From: Bdellovibrionales bacterium
GTDB lineage: Bacteria > Bdellovibrionota_G > JALEGL01 > JAGRMV01
DNA length: 64,000 bases
Assembly: GCA_020434365.1 (NCBI GenBank)
Contig: JAGRAX010000001.1
Span: 8,568-72,567, forward strand
Reading direction: 5' to 3'
Part shown: piece by piece, positions 60,233-64,000 of the stretch
Position numbering within the stretch: position 1 is the stretch's first letter
How the letters are laid out: every line of letters starts with the position of its first letter
Made by a program: the position numbers and the translations under genes
The notes under the pieces: generated by a model
Told to the model about the DNA's origin: nothing
Seen by the model: only the letters and a program-made list of their open reading frames with translations
Databases searched by the model: none

Positions 60233-61597
60233 GTGGCTGTGGATACGATTGTTGCGATTTCTACCTCTACGGCGAGTGCTTCGGGCATTGGTGTGATTCG
60301 GCTTTCGGGTCCTAAGGCCAAAGAAATCGCGCAGCGCTGTTTTTTTTCATCAGAAAAAAAAATTCAAAGTCATCGCGTGTATTATGGACGCTTTGTAGAT
60401 GTTAACGAGCACGTTCTCGATGATGGTTTGATGGTTTTTATGAAATCTCCCAAAAGTTTTACGGGAGAGGACCTGGTAGAAATTTCCTTGCACGGAAACC
60501 CCTTGATTTTATCTCAGGCGGTAGAAACTTTGATTGTCAGAGGCGCACGCCTTGCCCGTCCTGGAGAATTTAGTGAGCGGGCGTTTTTGTCGGGAAAACT
60601 CGATCTCATGCAGGTGGAAGCCATCGCACAGCTGATCGCATCTGGGAGCAGCGAAGAAGCGCGTCAGGCCAGAAGACGCTTAGATGGAAAAAGCTCTTTG
60701 TTGATCACGCAGCTCATGGAAAAGACCACGCACCTGCTTGCGCAACTCGAAGCGGATATTGATTTTCCTGAGGAGGATATAGATCCGGATGTAGAGGATC
60801 AGCTCCTGCAAAAATGTCAGGAATTGATGGATCTTTCCAAAACACTTTTGTCGAGTTATGCCCATATCCAAAAACTTTCGTCCGGGTATCATGTTCTTAT
60901 TGCAGGTCTTCCCAATGCAGGTAAAAGTACGCTATTTAATGCGCTTCTTGGAAGTGAGCGCGCCATTGTGACCGACATCGCGGGCACGACTCGTGACACG
61001 CTCGAAGAAGAAATATGGATTGAGGGTCGAAACATTCGTTTAATCGATAGCGCGGGCTATGCACCCCAAACCCAAGATCCCATAGAAAAACAGGGCATAT
61101 CGCGCATGGAAGACAAACTCAAACATGTCGATTTGCTGTGCTGGATATGCGACGTCTCAGATCCTGACTTTGAAGCTGCGCACAAAATCTTTGCCTCCGT
61201 CCCCCCACATCGGCGTTGGTGGATCTGGTCCAAAACAGACTTGCCTTCTCCACTTCCCCCAAAGCCAGATCTTGAGCTGGACCATGTTTTGGGCTTGAGC
61301 GCCAAAAGTGGCCAAGGTTTGGAAGCCTTCCGGCAGGATCTACAAAAACGATTTTCTACGCAAGTTCAGGACATTGAGGGGGGAGGCATCGCCAATGATC
61401 GCCAAAAAAATCTCCTAGAAGCCTTTTATCAATCTTGTTTTCAAACCTCCCAATCTATTGCCAGGCATGACTCCCCTGAGCTTATTGCTTTTGAACTGAG
61501 GCAAGGCTATCGAAATCTTCAGGACATGCTGGGCCAGGATATAGATATGGAAAAAGTCTATGATGAAATTTTTTCCACTTTTTGTGTGGGAAAATAA
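60233..61597 (+). CDS. mnmE: tRNA modification GTPase MnmE (TrmE)
   Basis: 454 aa with G-domain motifs GLPNAGKST and DSAG, and a C-terminal CxGK (FCVGK). Confidence 0.9.
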   Translation: MAVDTIVAISTSTASASGIGVIRLSGPKAKEIAQRCFFSSEKKIQSHRVYYGRFVDVNEHVLDDGLMVFMKSPKSFTGEDLVEISLHGNPLILSQAVETLIVRGARLARPGEFSERAFLSGKLDLMQVEAIAQLIASGSSEEARQARRRLDGKSSLLITQLMEKTTHLLAQLEADIDFPEEDIDPDVEDQLLQKCQELMDLSKTLLSSYAHIQKLSSGYHVLIAGLPNAGKSTLFNALLGSERAIVTDIAGTTRDTLEEEIWIEGRNIRLIDSAGYAPQTQDPIEKQGISRMEDKLKHVDLLCWICDVSDPDFEAAHKIFASVPPHRRWWIWSKTDLPSPLPPKPDLELDHVLGLSAKSGQGLEAFRQDLQKRFSTQVQDIEGGGIANDRQKNLLEAFYQSCFQTSQSIARHDSPELIAFELRQGYRNLQDMLGQDIDMEKVYDEIFSTFCVGK

Positions 61598-61760
61598 GAC
61601 CTCGAAACGCCGTTTATTTGTATTTGAGTAGTTTTTTAGGAATTTATTTGATTTTTGACTTTATCTTCGTTGATAATAGTACTGTTCTAACCCGGACATT
61701 TCTTCTTGCTCCCCATAATACTTTGTAACTTTGTAACCCTCAGCAAAGGAAGTTTATCCT

Positions 61761-62237
61761 ATGAAAAATCGCTGCTCGGCAAGTGGCATGCCTGGACCTG
61801 ACACTCCACAAGAAACAAGCCAAAATATGGACTCAATTTCAGAATCCCTCCGCAAAAAAAAACTCATACTACTCGTAGATGATGAGCCCGATCTTCGAGA
61901 AGTGATTTCTTTGAGACTCCGAACCGCGGGTTTTGATGTGGTTGTGGCGAGCAATGGTCGTCAGGCTGTGAACATGGCCAGAAACTTCAAACCTGATCTC
62001 ATTGTGATGGATCTGTACATGCCCGAAATGGATGGACACCAAGCCATCGAGGCCATTCGAAAAGAAATTCCAGAGCATTTCCCTGTTATCATTTTAACAG
62101 CGAGCAATGAGATGGAAGATGTCATGAATGCATGTGTCAATGAGGCGGATGCCTACCTGACCAAACCTTTTAATCCAGCCGAGCTGATCAAAACGGCGGA
62201 CCAGCTGCTAGCCAAAAAGTTTCAAGGAAAAAAATAA
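61761..62237 (+). CDS. single-domain response regulator (CheY-like receiver) with a 35-aa N-terminal extension
   Basis: 158 aa with ..LLVDDEPD.., the phospho-acceptor context ..LIVMDLYMPEMDG.. and ..YLTKPF... AAGGAAG lies 10 nt upstream of the ATG. Confidence 0.85.
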   Translation: MKNRCSASGMPGPDTPQETSQNMDSISESLRKKKLILLVDDEPDLREVISLRLRTAGFDVVVASNGRQAVNMARNFKPDLIVMDLYMPEMDGHQAIEAIRKEIPEHFPVIILTASNEMEDVMNACVNEADAYLTKPFNPAELIKTADQLLAKKFQGKK

Positions 62238-62291
62238 GAGCCCTAGACTCACGCATGGTTTTTTGTGCAAGCCTTTAAGGCTGACCCTTGT

Positions 62292-63815
62292 TTATGTTTC
62301 AACTTTGAACGAGCCTTTGAGCTTGGAGCAAAAAGCTTGCAAACTCAATTCATTGAAATGTCTCTTTTCAAAGTTTTGATGCGCAACTTCTATGCCTTGA
62401 TCTTCTTCAGAGGGCTTTACAAACCTATGAACGATGCTGCGCAAGTTCTCTTCTCTTTTTTTGATCATCAAAATGATGTAGCCCTGTTCTAGATAGTCAT
62501 TCATGACCTCATCTTTTCTTGCAATTTGCTGAATGCGCTCCCATATCGGAGCATTGTCAGAGCCCATGTGATGATTTTTAAAGATAACAAGCCCGATGCT
62601 ATCAGAGCTTTCTTGAAAATTTTTCATAGAGCGCAATCGATCGATCAAGCTACTAAAATGAGGATTGATGTTTTGGTAGAGTGGAAGCTGAAAACAAAAG
62701 GTAGCACCCTTTCCGATTTCGCTGATGAGTTTGAGTTCACTACCATGCATTTCCACAAGCTTTTTGGAAATGGCCAGCCCCAAACCTGTGCCCTGTTTTC
62801 CGGGTTTGTATTTTCGATTAATCTGAACAAAACTATCAAAGACGCGGATCTGATTTTCTTGGCTGATCCCAGGCCCTTTATCTTTGACCGAAATCTCGAT
62901 TCCATTTTCTTTTTTTTCTACTTCTAAAAATACTTCCCCCTCTTCCGGTGTAAATTTCAAGGCATTGCCCATCAAATTCATCATGACTTGAAAAATTTTG
63001 GATTCATCCATAAAAACATCGGGAAGATTTTCGTCCATTTTTAGGCGAATCTTTCGATTGCGATGAGATTTCTGAAATTGCTCCACGATCGAAGTTAAAA
63101 GTTTGTCGATGGAGCCTTTTTTCCTAATGACCTCAAGTCTTCCAGAATTGATTTTTTCCAAATCCAAAACATCATTGATCAAATCCGTCAAACGATTGCA
63201 GTTTTTTACACAGGCGCTTAGAGCCTCTTTTTGTTCTTTGCTTAGAGCGCCCATAGAACCCTCATACAAAAGAGAACAATATTCCTTAACCACGGTCAAA
63301 GGTGTGCGAATTTCATGAGACACCACAGAAACAAATTCTGATTTGTGCCGGTTGATATCTTGCAGGGCCTTGATGGATTCTTTTTGAGCCTCAATGGCGT
63401 GTTGTTTGGTTTGTTCAATTCTGTAATGGTCCAAGACCAATTGAATGCTTTTTTCAAGTCTGGTGGTGTTGATTTGCTCTTTGATCAAATAATCTTGCAC
63501 ACCACTTTTAAAAGAAGAAACGGCGGTTTTTTCATCACCCCTTCCTGTGAGCATAATGATGGGAATGTCGATCTGCTGACTGCGTATATTTTTTACAATT
63601 TCAACCCCGTTTTGTGGCATCATTTGATAGTCACAAAAAACAATGTCACTGTTTTTAATTTCTTCTTGATGTTTCTGAAGATCAAAATCTAGTTCATAGT
63701 GGACTTGAGCTTTGAATTTTTCAAATCGTTTGCAAAGCTCAATGAAATAATCAATGTCCGCTATGGAATCATCAATCAGATAAATTCGAAGCTCTTCCTG
63801 TGTTTCATTTGTCAT
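62292..63815 (-). CDS. hybrid sensor histidine kinase: N-terminal receiver, HisKA, HATPase_c, and an uncharacterised ~130-aa C-terminal domain
   Basis: 507 aa. The REC domain reads ..IYLIDDS..CDYQMMPQNG..IIMLTG.., the H-box is SVVSHEIRTPL, and the N/G boxes are ..NALKFT.., DKGPGI and GTGLGLAI... Confidence 0.85.
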   Translation of the reverse strand: MTNETQEELRIYLIDDSIADIDYFIELCKRFEKFKAQVHYELDFDLQKHQEEIKNSDIVFCDYQMMPQNGVEIVKNIRSQQIDIPIIMLTGRGDEKTAVSSFKSGVQDYLIKEQINTTRLEKSIQLVLDHYRIEQTKQHAIEAQKESIKALQDINRHKSEFVSVVSHEIRTPLTVVKEYCSLLYEGSMGALSKEQKEALSACVKNCNRLTDLINDVLDLEKINSGRLEVIRKKGSIDKLLTSIVEQFQKSHRNRKIRLKMDENLPDVFMDESKIFQVMMNLMGNALKFTPEEGEVFLEVEKKENGIEISVKDKGPGISQENQIRVFDSFVQINRKYKPGKQGTGLGLAISKKLVEMHGSELKLISEIGKGATFCFQLPLYQNINPHFSSLIDRLRSMKNFQESSDSIGLVIFKNHHMGSDNAPIWERIQQIARKDEVMNDYLEQGYIILMIKKREENLRSIVHRFVKPSEEDQGIEVAHQNFEKRHFNELSLQAFCSKLKGSFKVET

Positions 63816-63834
63816 AGGTAGTAACTTTTTACGT

Positions 63835-64000
63835 TATTTTGGAAGTGTAAAATGGATGAGGATTCCAATTTTGTCTTGAGGCTCCTCAATGTGAATTTCC
63901 CCTCCATGAAGTTCGATGGATTTTTTGCATATTGCGAGTCCCATGCCCACGCCCTCATATTGATCTTTGGAATGGAGTTTTTGAAACAAATCAAAAATTT
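63835..64000 (-). CDS. histidine kinase, C-terminal HATPase fragment (5' part beyond window edge)
   Basis: The minus-strand frame reads ..IFDLFQKLHSKDQYEGVGMGLAICKKSIELHGGEIHIEEPQDKIGILIHFTLPK with a stop at 63837..63835 (G2 box GxGxGL present). The ORF-track entry at 63812..63994 is a different, spurious frame. Confidence 0.6.

Noticed and set aside
63812-63994. 60-aa minus-strand ORF from the track.
   Set aside because: It is in the wrong frame. A different frame in the same stretch encodes a clean histidine-kinase HATPase C-terminus (G2 box GVGMGLAI).

Overview
This 64-kb window is a chromosomal replication-origin region of a moderately AT-rich Gram-negative bacterium. Its gene content looks Bdellovibrionota/Myxococcota-like, but that is my inference, not a database result.

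Main content, in order:
- A lidless Hsp70 paralog paired with a DUF4388-like gene, then ilvA (threonine dehydratase).
- An exbB-exbD-tonB-TonB-dependent receptor-lipoprotein operon, then suhB.
- A sigma-54-dependent activator with an unusual FHA + degenerate GGDEF architecture, preceded by a near-consensus sigma-54 promoter and an intrinsic terminator (candidate sRNA or leader).
- Three paralogous single-domain PilZ (c-di-GMP receptor) genes, next to genes for secreted and membrane proteins.
- tatD-holB-tmk, and cell-wall genes: rlpA, an MltD-like lytic transglycosylase with three LysM repeats, PBP1A and a SpoIID-domain protein.
- An Omp85-like 909-aa outer-membrane protein, a MoaA-like radical-SAM protein without the auxiliary-cluster cysteines, a MATE pump, hsp20, an AstE/AspA-family deacylase, and an Fn3-repeat lipoprotein pair.
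- An F1/stator ATP synthase operon (b'-b-delta-alpha-gamma-beta-epsilon, no a/c genes) headed by a bactofilin gene.
- A DhlA-like haloalkane dehalogenase abutting parB, then parA, mnmG and a hexapeptide-repeat protein.
- dnaN and dnaA with a DnaA-box cluster (candidate oriC) between them, followed by rpmH-rnpA-yidD-yidC-jag-mnmE, and a two-component cluster (a CheY-like regulator plus two histidine kinases).

I saw no CRISPR, rRNA, tRNA or mobile elements. All coordinates were read by hand from the sequence and could be off by a few nucleotides.
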